NCBI GenBank assembly: GCA_964009815.1
Contig: CAXGJQ010000001.1
Coordinates: 5,332-69,331 of the forward strand
Reading direction: 5' to 3'
DNA from: an uncultured Candidatus Poseidoniales archaeon
GTDB lineage: Archaea > Thermoplasmatota > Poseidoniia > Poseidoniales > Poseidoniaceae
Length of the DNA stretch: 64,000 nt
Every line of letters starts with the position of its first letter. Within the stretch, counting starts at the first letter, position 1. The translations under genes were made by a program, and so were the position numbers. The notes under the pieces are model-generated. The model was not told where the DNA came from, made no database searches, and saw nothing but the letters and a program-made list of their open reading frames with translations. Positions 20,356 to 28,754 of the stretch are shown one piece after another.

Positions 20356-21186
20356 TTGAACATGAAAATCGGAATCATTGGAGCAGGCATGGTTGGAGGA
20401 GCCATTGAACATTGTTTTGCCCATGCCCACGAATTGTTTGTTCACGACCCTGCAAGAGGGACTGAACTGAACCAAGTTATTGACAACGTGGACATGGCCT
20501 ACATCGCTGTTCCAACTCCTCCCCATCCCGAAACAGGAGCCTGTGACACCCGCATCGTTGAAGAGGTGCTCGATGCTTTACCAGATGGATTCACGGCCGT
20601 CATCAAAAGCACCGTTGTGCCTGGAACAACGCAACAATACCACGAACGGTACAGCCATTTGAAGATCGCCTACTCGCCTGAATTTTTGGTGGAGCGGCAG
20701 CGCCTCGAAGATTTTGCCAACCAAGACATCTTGGTCGTAGGGACGCACCACAAGGAAGTGGCAGAAACCGTGTTCCAGCACCACAAGGAAGCCGGTGTTC
20801 TGCGCAAAGAGCAACTGTTCCAAGTAACCCCTACGCAGGCGGAACTGGTGAAGTACACCAAGAACACCTTCTATGCCCTCAAAGTCACCTTTGCCAACCA
20901 AATGTACGACATTTGCCAGGGAATGGGCGAAGATTGGTACGCCATTCGGGACATCATCACCGCTGACCAAGCGCAGCCCATCGGTCCATCGCACCTCGAC
21001 CCAATCTTCGGTCTACGCCGAGGGTTTGGAGGAAAATGCCTCCCCAAGGACAGTTCTGCCCTCGGTGTTCTCGCTGGTGAGCTGGGAGTCAAATATGCCA
21101 TCATGGACGCCATGCAGACCGACAATGAGGCGCTGCGAGCTATGCTAACTGGGAAACCCAGTGATGTGGTGACCAATGACGACTGA
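20356..21186 (+). CDS. UDP-glucose/GDP-mannose 6-dehydrogenase family protein, short form (276 aa, lacks C-terminal UDP-binding domain)
   Basis: [12 protein letters not shown] Rossmann, catalytic [10 protein letters not shown] (Cys nucleophile motif GFGGSCFPKD). The ORF stops about 150 aa short of typical family length. Confidence 0.65.
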   Translation: MNMKIGIIGAGMVGGAIEHCFAHAHELFVHDPARGTELNQVIDNVDMAYIAVPTPPHPETGACDTRIVEEVLDALPDGFTAVIKSTVVPGTTQQYHERYSHLKIAYSPEFLVERQRLEDFANQDILVVGTHHKEVAETVFQHHKEAGVLRKEQLFQVTPTQAELVKYTKNTFYALKVTFANQMYDICQGMGEDWYAIRDIITADQAQPIGPSHLDPIFGLRRGFGGKCLPKDSSALGVLAGELGVKYAIMDAMQTDNEALRAMLTGKPSDVVTNDD

Positions 21187-21628
21187 CGCCTTGGCTTGGC
21201 TTGACCAGCGCGTGCCTCGAGGGTCGATTGTTCGATTCAGCATCGCTGGAGGATTCAACAGTTTTCTCTTCTATGTGTGTTGGGCAGGCCTCATGCTGAT
21301 GTTGGCCGATGCTGATGTTCGAATCCTTTGGGGAATTTGTTGGGGAGTCACCGGCGTCCTCGCCCATTTTGTCCATCGGTGGTTTACATTTGACGATAGA
21401 AAGCCGGTTGCATGGACCCTTTCCACCGCAGTTCCAGTGTATGTATCGAGTTTGGTCGGGTCAAGCATCACCATCGGTTGGCTTTCCGACACCTACACGG
21501 TCGATGTCCGCCTCCTGGGGCTTCTCAATCTGCTCGCTTGGGGCGTGATTGTTTGGCTGATGATGCGCTTGTTTGTGTTCCAGTATTCACCTACAGAGCA
21601 TGAGTCTCAAGAACATCAAACGGAATGA
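21176..21628 (+). CDS. GtrA-family membrane protein (polysaccharide/lipid-linked sugar translocation)
   Basis: [22 protein letters not shown]-terminal GtrA signature, 4 predicted TM helices, about 150 aa. Overlaps the upstream dehydrogenase by 11 nt (operonic). Confidence 0.55.
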   Translation: MTTDALAWLDQRVPRGSIVRFSIAGGFNSFLFYVCWAGLMLMLADADVRILWGICWGVTGVLAHFVHRWFTFDDRKPVAWTLSTAVPVYVSSLVGSSITIGWLSDTYTVDVRLLGLLNLLAWGVIVWLMMRLFVFQYSPTEHESQEHQTE

Positions 21629-21971
21629 CATCCAGAGCTCGTTGGTGGGTCGCTTCCAAGTCAACCGGGCAAGCCTTTCCAGCGTTCACCGCGAGAAGCC
21701 ATGTGCGGGCACAAACACACCATGAATCTCCAGCTTTCAATCCTGGAAAGTTAAATCGAGGCGCGGGCGTGATGAGGTCGTTGCCCATGTCTCGGGCGAA
21801 GTGAAGGAAATCGTCGTTGAGCACGCAGCAAACGGTATGAGAACCATGGTCTTGGTCGTCCGTGTTGCAACAACCGTCTCGAAACCATCCCGTTAGGGGG
21901 TCTCGTGAACAAGGTTCGAGTTCAGTGCCAATGACGTTCACGCTGGGGTCCATGCCCAAAGCAAAGGGCAT
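21591..21971 (-). CDS. DUF2237-family Cys-rich conserved protein
   Basis: LTGWFRDGCCNT, HTVCCVL, FPGLKAGDSWCVCA pattern matching DUF2237. Confidence 0.5.
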   Translation of the reverse strand: MPFALGMDPSVNVIGTELEPCSRDPLTGWFRDGCCNTDDQDHGSHTVCCVLNDDFLHFARDMGNDLITPAPRFNFPGLKAGDSWCVCARTWLLAVNAGKACPVDLEATHQRALDVIPFDVLETHAL

Positions 21972-22000
21972 CGCCCTATGAACGCTTGTTCAACCTTCTC

Positions 22001-22375
22001 TCACCGCCGGAATACGTTCTTGAAACGATTCAAAATACTTGGTTTTTCAGAAGGTTGTGCTCGCCCAAGCAGCACATCGAGTTCGCCAGAACGGTCAAGA
22101 TTCAACAAATCGTCAAATCCACCAACCGATTTTCCGGCCACGATGATCTGCGGGACGGTTCGTGCGCCACCCGTAGCTCGGGCAAAAGCCCGTTGCGCCT
22201 CGGGAGTGTTTTTCAAGCGGCGCTCCTTGTACGTGACCCGTTTAGAATCAAGGAGGCGTTTGGCTTGAACACAAGCACCGCAGCCTCGATTGGTCCAGAC
22301 AATGACCGGCGAGTCATCACCTTGAACCATGGTTGACGGAGGAGTGAAACGGGTTTCAAGATTGGGGTCTGCCAA
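22001..22375 (-). CDS. Glutaredoxin/NrdH-like redoxin (CGAC active site)
   Basis: VIVWTNRGCGACVQAK, TVPQIIV, GGFDDL thioredoxin-fold glutaredoxin signatures. The likely start is the internal MVQGDD (about 22330). Confidence 0.6.
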   Translation of the reverse strand: MADPNLETRFTPPSTMVQGDDSPVIVWTNRGCGACVQAKRLLDSKRVTYKERRLKNTPEAQRAFARATGGARTVPQIIVAGKSVGGFDDLLNLDRSGELDVLLGRAQPSEKPSILNRFKNVFRR

Positions 22376-22425
22376 GGGGTTTTGTCCGTTGGGTTCATTG
22401 GGAAGAAGCGCGCAAAGGTGCAGTA

Positions 22426-22857
22426 ATGCTACCCGACACGGTTCACAAACTCCCCCGAGAAGAACGGTTTGCCTACGCCCGATTGCTGGCCTTCATGGCT
22501 CGAATTGACAATGAGTTGACCGTTGACGAAATGGCCATGTTTGAGCAACGCCTTGGCACCGCTCTGCTCTCGCCGAGTCAACGGGAATCGATTCGTGATG
22601 CCCTGAAGAACCCTCCAAGCCTCGAAGAGTGCTTGGAAGATTTGTCTGGAGAAGCGGGTCGGCTCGCTCTACGAGACGCCGTAATGATGGCGGCCGCTGA
22701 CGGTACCGTCGACGAGGATGAGCGGGATGCACTGGAGGACATTTCAGAACACCTGGGGCTGCGTGAGGATGCTGTTGAGCAACTCCTCAATTGGACGGTC
22801 AAGGGCTACAGATGGATGAAGGATGGTTACGAACTCCTTGATTCGCTTGAGGAATGA
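22426..22857 (+). CDS. TerB-like (tellurite-resistance TerB family) helical protein, paralog 1
   Basis: Two ADG-x-x-DE-x-E half-repeats (FMARIDNELTVDEMAMF; MAAADGTVDEDERDALEDISEHLGL) typical of the TerB fold. Confidence 0.5.
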   Translation: MLPDTVHKLPREERFAYARLLAFMARIDNELTVDEMAMFEQRLGTALLSPSQRESIRDALKNPPSLEECLEDLSGEAGRLALRDAVMMAAADGTVDEDERDALEDISEHLGLREDAVEQLLNWTVKGYRWMKDGYELLDSLEE

Positions 22858-22863
22858 GGCCGT

Positions 22864-23286
22864 ATGTTCCCCGATGGTTTGATCCATCGTTCGCCACAAG
22901 AACGCGTCCGCTATGCCGAAATATTGGTGTTCATCGCAGCAGCGGATGGAGAATTGGTGCGCGAAGAAATAGCCATGATTGAAGCCATGATGGGGCGAGC
23001 CATGATTCACCCCGAATCGAGAATCACTGTTCGAGGAGGATTTGAACAACCCATTCCACTTGAACAATCTCTGGCCGACCTTGATCCAGTCTTTGCTCAA
23101 CTCGTCCTCAGGGACGCTGCGTTGGTCGCGGCTGTTGACGGGGATTACGACCGGAAAGAATTGACCGCTCTTCGTAAAATTGCGAAAGCGGCGGACGTGA
23201 CTCCGAAACAACTCTCACTGTTGCTTGATTGGGTGACAAAAGGATGGCATTGGTTTGAAGAAGCCAGTGTTTTTTTGGCGAAGTAA
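22864..23286 (+). CDS. TerB-like helical protein, paralog 2 (tandem duplicate of the previous gene)
   Basis: Same architecture and similar motifs (IAAADGELVREEIAMIE; VAAVDGDYDRKELTALRKIAK). It ends like paralog 1 with W-V-T-KG-W-(hydrophobic). Only 6 nt separate the two genes. Confidence 0.5.
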   Translation: MFPDGLIHRSPQERVRYAEILVFIAAADGELVREEIAMIEAMMGRAMIHPESRITVRGGFEQPIPLEQSLADLDPVFAQLVLRDAALVAAVDGDYDRKELTALRKIAKAADVTPKQLSLLLDWVTKGWHWFEEASVFLAK

Positions 23287-23347
23287 CGGGCGTTTTCCAT
23301 CCTCTCATTGAGAGACATCTTCAAAGAGAGAAAGCCGTCCCGTCGGT

Positions 23348-25354
23348 TTGGTGGGGACATTGCAAAACGGGGTTAGCGGATGGTATGCACGATTGGACCG
23401 ATGCCTTGACAACCGCGAACAACAAATTGAGATTTGGCTCACCACGTGGGAAAAATCGCTCAAGACCTTTCAGCCCATCGCCGCTCTTCTCCCCGAAGAC
23501 TGGCCAACTCTCCCGGCCAACCTTTTGACGGACCCAGGTCATGTGCTTGACCACCTTCTCGCTCGTCATGACGCCGAGTCCGATGGACGCTCTCCTCGAG
23601 GCGCCCACCCTACGCCACCACGTTTGGCGGACGCGGTTATTTGTTCTGAAATGAAAGACAACATGGTGAATCCTAAGAAACCCGTTCAGCAGTCCAATTT
23701 CCTGATCAGCAACCTCCCTCCCGGCTTCCGCCAGCACGTTGAACAACTCAATTTGCCAAAGGCAACCCAGGACAATGAAGTGGATGACGAAGCTGAGCAA
23801 CAAGCTGTTGAGGCCAACAAACGCACGCTGAGCGGCATACCTTTGCCGGTGGCCGACACAGCAACGGGAGGAGGTTTGTTCCATGCACGCTTGATTCGAC
23901 GACACGCCGATGCTCACGAAGATGCGGACCTTGAACTGCGCAAAGAAGACAGTCGCCGTCTGTTCTCAAACATCCAACTTTTGGATGTCAACCCCTTGGT
24001 GGTCAAGAGCACAAAAACAAGGCTTTTGCTCGAATCCATTCGTCATGAGCTCGTCAGTTTTGGGCCCGAAACACCAGGAAAAATTTCTCGAAAGGAAATG
24101 GAAGCCTTGCTTGACAGTGGTGTTCGTCAAGGAGACGCTTTGCAAGGTGATTGGCCATGGGACCAACCCCCTGAACTGGTACTGACCAACCCGCCATGGT
24201 TGCGCATTAAAGACCGGTTCAGAGGCATGGAAGACGGCAGCCAACTCCGCAAAGAATTGGGTGAACAACTTCGAAGCCTTGCCGACAACGGCACGCCTCG
24301 TTTTTCCACCATGCGTGGAAACGTCAACCTCTACCGCTTATTCATCGAGCGCAGCCTCCAGATTTTGAATGAAGGAGGCCGATTACGCATCATCGCACCC
24401 GACAGTCTTCTTCGGGAACAATCGTCACATCCGCTTCGAGAATTGCTTGTCAAGCACCACGGCTGGACCCATGCTTGGGCCATTGAGGAGGCCAACCTTC
24501 TCTTCCCAGGAATGACACAAGGCGTGGTTGTACTCGGAATTACCGCCAACGGCGAAGCCCCCGTACTCAACCTCCAAGGGCCGATTACTCGGGCTGACCT
24601 GCGCCGTGAAGGTGAGGGTTTATCCTCCCGCGTTCCTGTGTTTGAACTCAAAGAAGAACAGTGGACGGGTTGGGCACGAGACACATGGGCAGTACCTCGT
24701 CTTCCCCGGGATCGCGTTGAACGCACCTACACCCTTGAGGTGCTTGACCGCCTAGCGAAACTCCCACGCCTGAGTGATGAAGAACACCCGCTGACCACCA
24801 ACAAACGCCAGGTTCGTGTGCGGGTTGGAGAAATTGACCAGACTTCCCATGCCAAGAGCATCGAAACATGGGTCAAAGGCAAGCGAAGCCGTCCTTTCAT
24901 CCGGGGAGTTCACTTCTCAGAAAGTGAAGATGGGAAAGTTTTCATTCGCCATCCTGCCTTCCGGACCGACATTCCATCCCGTGCGAGTGAACGCCAGCTT
25001 GCCATGTGGGTGGGCGACAACCATCCATCCTACGGGCCCCGACTGGCCTGTCAAGCCATCGTTAATGCTCATCAAGAACGCCGTCTGCGCTGGGCCGTTA
25101 TCCCCCAAGGGAGTGTTCTTGGGAACAGCGTGAACCACATCGAATTGCATGACGACATCCAATCCCGCTTGATGGAAGAGCACTCGGACATCGAAACCGG
25201 CTTGGAATGGCTCTGCAACCACCTGAACAACAACGACCTTGACGAATGGGCTCGAGCCTGGGCTGCCAACAACAACGTCAACAATTACGAATTGGAAATG
25301 TTGCCAGTTGAACTACCCGACTCCTTTCCACAATTCAGCAGTCTCGTCCGCTGA
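23348..25354 (+). CDS. Divergent N6-adenine (gamma-class, Eco57I/TaqI-like) methyltransferase-like protein with C-terminal TRD-like region; motif I degenerate
   Basis: LVLTNPPWL (motif IV NPPW) followed by NLYRLFIERSLQILNEGGRLRIIAPDSLL (motifs V-VIII of gamma MTases). No canonical DPxxGxG motif I upstream (closest is LLDVNPLVVKS). The first about 100 codons overlap an antisense ORF. The start may be the internal MKDNM (about 23651). Confidence 0.5.
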   Translation: MVGTLQNGVSGWYARLDRCLDNREQQIEIWLTTWEKSLKTFQPIAALLPEDWPTLPANLLTDPGHVLDHLLARHDAESDGRSPRGAHPTPPRLADAVICSEMKDNMVNPKKPVQQSNFLISNLPPGFRQHVEQLNLPKATQDNEVDDEAEQQAVEANKRTLSGIPLPVADTATGGGLFHARLIRRHADAHEDADLELRKEDSRRLFSNIQLLDVNPLVVKSTKTRLLLESIRHELVSFGPETPGKISRKEMEALLDSGVRQGDALQGDWPWDQPPELVLTNPPWLRIKDRFRGMEDGSQLRKELGEQLRSLADNGTPRFSTMRGNVNLYRLFIERSLQILNEGGRLRIIAPDSLLREQSSHPLRELLVKHHGWTHAWAIEEANLLFPGMTQGVVVLGITANGEAPVLNLQGPITRADLRREGEGLSSRVPVFELKEEQWTGWARDTWAVPRLPRDRVERTYTLEVLDRLAKLPRLSDEEHPLTTNKRQVRVRVGEIDQTSHAKSIETWVKGKRSRPFIRGVHFSESEDGKVFIRHPAFRTDIPSRASERQLAMWVGDNHPSYGPRLACQAIVNAHQERRLRWAVIPQGSVLGNSVNHIELHDDIQSRLMEEHSDIETGLEWLCNHLNNNDLDEWARAWAANNNVNNYELEMLPVELPDSFPQFSSLVR

Positions 25355-25446
25355 ACGGAGAAAAGCGCGCGTTTGATTTCCGAATTCCCGCGTTTTGAAC
25401 ACGATAATTTATAGCGACTGCCTCGTTAGCACCACCTGCGTACTCT

Positions 25447-26046
25447 TTGGGAGATGAATTGACAATGGGCGTTCATCCAAAGATTGGCATCACTGGCTTG
25501 CCACGCAGTGGGAAATCAGCCGTTATGGAAAAGGTCCTCGACATGCTCCTCGACGAGCGAAAGCGAGAGATCTCTATGCGAGGGGGGTCCACAGAGAACC
25601 CCATTTTGGGTGGCCTGCGAACCGAACCGTTGCTTGAAAACGGTGAGCGAATGGGTTACAAGGTCATCGACATTGTTTCTGGAGAAGAAGGTACCATCGC
25701 TCACAAGAAGATCGACTCTCGTCTGCGGGTGCTTGGATACGGTATCGATGTCGAAGAGCTCAACCGAGTGGCTCTGCCAGCCATTGATTACGCTCAGCAC
25801 CATTGCGAAGTGTTGGTCATTGACGAGATTGGGAAATTCTCAGTTGAATCGGAAGCGTTCGTTCAAGCGGTGCGTAGCGCTTTGGAAGTGGACATGCCAA
25901 CCTTGCTGACCTTGCACAAGAAAAGCCGCCATCCGCTGCTTCAAGACATCCGTCGCCGGGACGATGGTCGAATTCTCGAAGTGACCCCCGTCAACCGTGC
26001 CTTGTTGCCCTACAAGATTCACAAGCTCATGCGGGAAACGTATTGA
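25447..26046 (+). CDS. Nucleoside-triphosphatase THEP1 family (MJ1559-like P-loop NTPase)
   Basis: KIGITGLPRSGKSAV Walker A, LVIDEIGKFS Walker B-like, overall about 190 aa THEP1 layout. Upstream gataatttatag TATA-like element at about 25395. Confidence 0.75.
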   Translation: MGDELTMGVHPKIGITGLPRSGKSAVMEKVLDMLLDERKREISMRGGSTENPILGGLRTEPLLENGERMGYKVIDIVSGEEGTIAHKKIDSRLRVLGYGIDVEELNRVALPAIDYAQHHCEVLVIDEIGKFSVESEAFVQAVRSALEVDMPTLLTLHKKSRHPLLQDIRRRDDGRILEVTPVNRALLPYKIHKLMRETY

Positions 26047-26056
26047 GCAAGAATCC

Positions 26057-26440
26057 ATGCATCGGTTCTTTGATGTGGCTACCCTGCTTGGACTGGTCAT
26101 GCACCCCCCAAGCGTTGCCGTTGAACGCCTCCTCTATGGAACGGGCGTGGGCCTCTTGCTTGGAATCGGGTTTGGTTTGCAGGCGGGCCGAAGTTTTGGC
26201 TCAACGTACCTTGCATTGGAACTGTTCATCGTTTTGGCCGTTGGTTGTTTTGTCCTCGGCTGGATGCTTGGAAACGGCGGCGGCCCACTGGCGCGCTGGT
26301 TCTCTCATGAGACCGAGGATGCCATGGCCAAGCGCGTTCGTTCGGACATTGAAGAAGTCCACCGCTCCGAGGATGTAACGGCCAAATGGGCCGAGATGGA
26401 AGCAAAGGTTCTCACCGAAGACCTCAGTGAAGAAGCATGA
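26057..26440 (+). CDS. Small membrane protein
   Basis: Three hydrophobic helices (VATLLGLVM, GVGLLLGIGFGL, LELFIVLAVGCFVLGWML). Start taken at MHRFF. Confidence 0.35.
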   Translation: MHRFFDVATLLGLVMHPPSVAVERLLYGTGVGLLLGIGFGLQAGRSFGSTYLALELFIVLAVGCFVLGWMLGNGGGPLARWFSHETEDAMAKRVRSDIEEVHRSEDVTAKWAEMEAKVLTEDLSEEA

Positions 26441-26498
26441 GTGTCGCATCGTAGGGTTGATGTGTATTCGCCACCTCGTTTGATGCAGAGGCGAGACC

Positions 26499-26882
26499 AT
26501 GAGCGATGTCCCCGAAGGATTGTACTACACCAAAGAACACGAATGGATGCGAGTTGAAGGGGACACCGTCACCATCGGCATCACCGACCACGCCCAAGAC
26601 ATGTTGACCGACATCGTGTACATCGAACTTCCAGAAGAAGGCGATGAAGTTGACGACATGGGTGAATTTGCGGTGGTCGAATCGGTCAAGTCCGCATCCC
26701 CAATCTTCGCTCCACTTGCCGGCACCATCACCGCTGTCAACATGGATCTTGAAGACGCCCCCGAACTCATGAATTCCTCACCCTACGGTGATGGATGGAT
26801 TGTCAAGATGACCCTGGAGAACCCCGGTGCTGTTTCTGGGCTCATGGACGCCGCCGCCTACAAAGCGGAAATTGGCGAGTGA
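26499..26882 (+). CDS. gcvH: Glycine cleavage system H protein
   Basis: YTKEHEWMRVEGDTVTIGITDHAQ, lipoyl-Lys motif AVVESVKSAS, SPYGDGWIVK. Confidence 0.85.
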   Translation: MSDVPEGLYYTKEHEWMRVEGDTVTIGITDHAQDMLTDIVYIELPEEGDEVDDMGEFAVVESVKSASPIFAPLAGTITAVNMDLEDAPELMNSSPYGDGWIVKMTLENPGAVSGLMDAAAYKAEIGE

Positions 26883-26886
26883 GTCC

Positions 26887-27426
26887 ATGGTTGAAGCCAC
26901 GGCGTTGACCCTGTACGTCGATGGTTCGTGCCTTGGCAACCAGAACGTCGACGCTTCAACACCAGCCTCTTGGGGATTGGTCGTCGTCATCGGTGATTCT
27001 GGACTTGGGAAAGGGTCTGGTGAACTGCACCATGAAGAAGCCGGTCCCGTCATTACCTCTCCCAGCGCTGAGGGTTTTCTCGGTGCAGAGGTTGGCTCCA
27101 ACAACACAGCAGAATTGAGTGGTTTCGCAGCCGCTCTTCGGTGGCTTCTGGTTGAGGGAGGTGAGTCCCCTGCAATGATCCGAGCGGACTCAACCTATGC
27201 AGGAAACCTTGCAAGCGGGGTTTGGAAAGCCAAGAAGAATCGAGAATTGGTGGCCAATGTGCAAACGCTATGGACGGAAGTCGCTGCATTACGTGAACTG
27301 TCATGGTCCCATGTGAAAGCTCACCGAGGCCATCGATGGAATGAACGCGCCGACCATTTGGCTGCGCGTCATGCCTCGGGGGAACTCCCCGAGCCTCTGA
27401 CGTTTTGGAAGCCGGGTCAGCGTTAA
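26887..27426 (+). CDS. rnhA: Ribonuclease HI (type 1 RNase H)
   Basis: LTLYVDGSC, NNTAELSG, IRADSTY, WSHVKAHRGHRWNERADHLA (DEDD carboxylates in RNase HI order). Start chosen at MVEATAL, 4 nt after the gcvH stop. Confidence 0.8.
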   Translation: MVEATALTLYVDGSCLGNQNVDASTPASWGLVVVIGDSGLGKGSGELHHEEAGPVITSPSAEGFLGAEVGSNNTAELSGFAAALRWLLVEGGESPAMIRADSTYAGNLASGVWKAKKNRELVANVQTLWTEVAALRELSWSHVKAHRGHRWNERADHLAARHASGELPEPLTFWKPGQR

Positions 27427-28286
27427 CCGTCAAGTCGGCCCTTCAGCCAATGCGTGAACTCATCGCGATAATCGGGGCGGCGTAAAGCATGGTCAACTTG
27501 CGCTTTTAACCACAGCAATGGGGCACCTGAATCGTACCACTGCGTCTCATCAAACACGACTCCGTGAAGCGTACCATCGTTCATCCAGTGGTGAAGTAAA
27601 GCGATGCTTTGCAAATCTCCATGCGCTTCGTAGGAGTATGTTTGCAGAAGTTTCTGGGTTTCTTTTGGAAAGACATAGCGGCCGCACAAGGCCAATCGAG
27701 AGGGGGCTGCGTCAAGCGTTGGTTTCTCAACGATGTGGTGAATGCGCTGGCCTTCTAGCGCTACGATCCCGTACTGTGAAACGACGCTTTCGTCCACTTC
27801 CATCAATCCCACTGTTGCCTCACCGGTGCTCATGTAGGCCTCGATCAAGCGCTTTGAGCACCCAGATGGTTTGAAGTTGTCAACAGGGGCATGCATATCC
27901 ATCATGAGGGTGTCTCCAAGCATGACCAAAAACGGGCCTTCCACTTCGTGAAGCGCTGCTTCAATGGCGTTTCCAACCCCCATGGGCTGATGTTGCAGGT
28001 GAACGTGAACTTCGAGGTCGGCAACAGCATGAAACAGCGATTCATCGAGATGTGGTCTTAGGGCGTGAAGGTCCCGGCGGTCCTCGAGGAGAGAATCAAA
28101 CGATTTTGACGGAGAGGTGACGATGTGAATGCGTTCCACACCTGCTTCTTTGGCTTCAAAAAGAAGGTGGGTAAGGAGAGGAACATCGACCAAGGGGAGC
28201 GATTCTTTGGAAGAAAAGGCACTCGCTGGAAACATTCGCGTGCCAAGGCCCGCAGCAATCAAGACGGCATCCTGAACCGGGTCCAT
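27423..28286 (-). CDS. UTP--glucose-1-phosphate uridylyltransferase-like sugar nucleotidyltransferase
   Basis: AVLIAAGLGTRMFP signature, VMLGDTLM, VEKP. The ORF-track N-terminal 65 aa are Arg/Pro-rich and overlap the neighbouring gene. An internal Met at 28286 fits the family. Confidence 0.7.
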   Translation of the reverse strand: MDPVQDAVLIAAGLGTRMFPASAFSSKESLPLVDVPLLTHLLFEAKEAGVERIHIVTSPSKSFDSLLEDRRDLHALRPHLDESLFHAVADLEVHVHLQHQPMGVGNAIEAALHEVEGPFLVMLGDTLMMDMHAPVDNFKPSGCSKRLIEAYMSTGEATVGLMEVDESVVSQYGIVALEGQRIHHIVEKPTLDAAPSRLALCGRYVFPKETQKLLQTYSYEAHGDLQSIALLHHWMNDGTLHGVVFDETQWYDSGAPLLWLKAQVDHALRRPDYRDEFTHWLKGRLDG

Positions 28287-28335
28287 GGCCCTCCACACAA
28301 GGCACAGGCTTTCAAGCGTGGCGTCCCAGCACGGC

Positions 28336-28752
28336 ATGATGGAACGAAAAGGCACCGTCGGTCTTCTCGTGGCTGGCACCCTTCTCGTGGCCCAAACCCT
28401 CACCACCGTGGCTCCGCCTGGACCATGGGATTCCTCATCGTTCACACGCGGCGTGTTCGGCCTGTTGGGCTTGGTGCTCATCTATTTGGCATGGTTCAAC
28501 CATACCTTTGGCATGGTTGGAGTGGCGCCAACGGTGAACCGATGGAAAACACCGGAGACCACCTGGCTCCAAGTGGTGGTGTTTGGCCTCGCTTGCCTCG
28601 TCCTGACCAGAGCCATCCGATGGGGGGATACGGGCGGGTTTATTCCAGAACCAACTGGACTCTTGCTCGCTCTGATCGGTTTCTTTGCCTTGATGAACGG
28701 CCTCTATGTGTGGCTCATCACCAACGGGCCTTTGGCGGATGAAGAAGAATAA
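28336..28752 (+). CDS. Small membrane protein (4 TM)
   Basis: Hydrophobic helices VGLLVAGTLLVA, FGLLGLVLIYLAWF, LQVVVFGLACLVL, LLLALIGFFALM. Acidic C-terminus. Confidence 0.35.
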   Translation: MMERKGTVGLLVAGTLLVAQTLTTVAPPGPWDSSSFTRGVFGLLGLVLIYLAWFNHTFGMVGVAPTVNRWKTPETTWLQVVVFGLACLVLTRAIRWGDTGGFIPEPTGLLLALIGFFALMNGLYVWLITNGPLADEEE

Positions 28753-28754
28753 AT

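Noticed and set aside
23321-23917. Minus-strand 198-aa ORF overlapping the 5' part of the MTase-like gene
   Set aside because: No motifs. It is antisense to a long ORF with clear MTase-fold motifs. It may indicate that the true start of the plus-strand gene is internal, but it is not itself credible as a gene.
28287-28481. N-terminal 65-aa extension of the GalU-like ORF
   Set aside because: Arg/Pro-rich, with no nucleotidyltransferase homology. The conserved G-x-G-T-R motif sits right after the internal Met at 28286.
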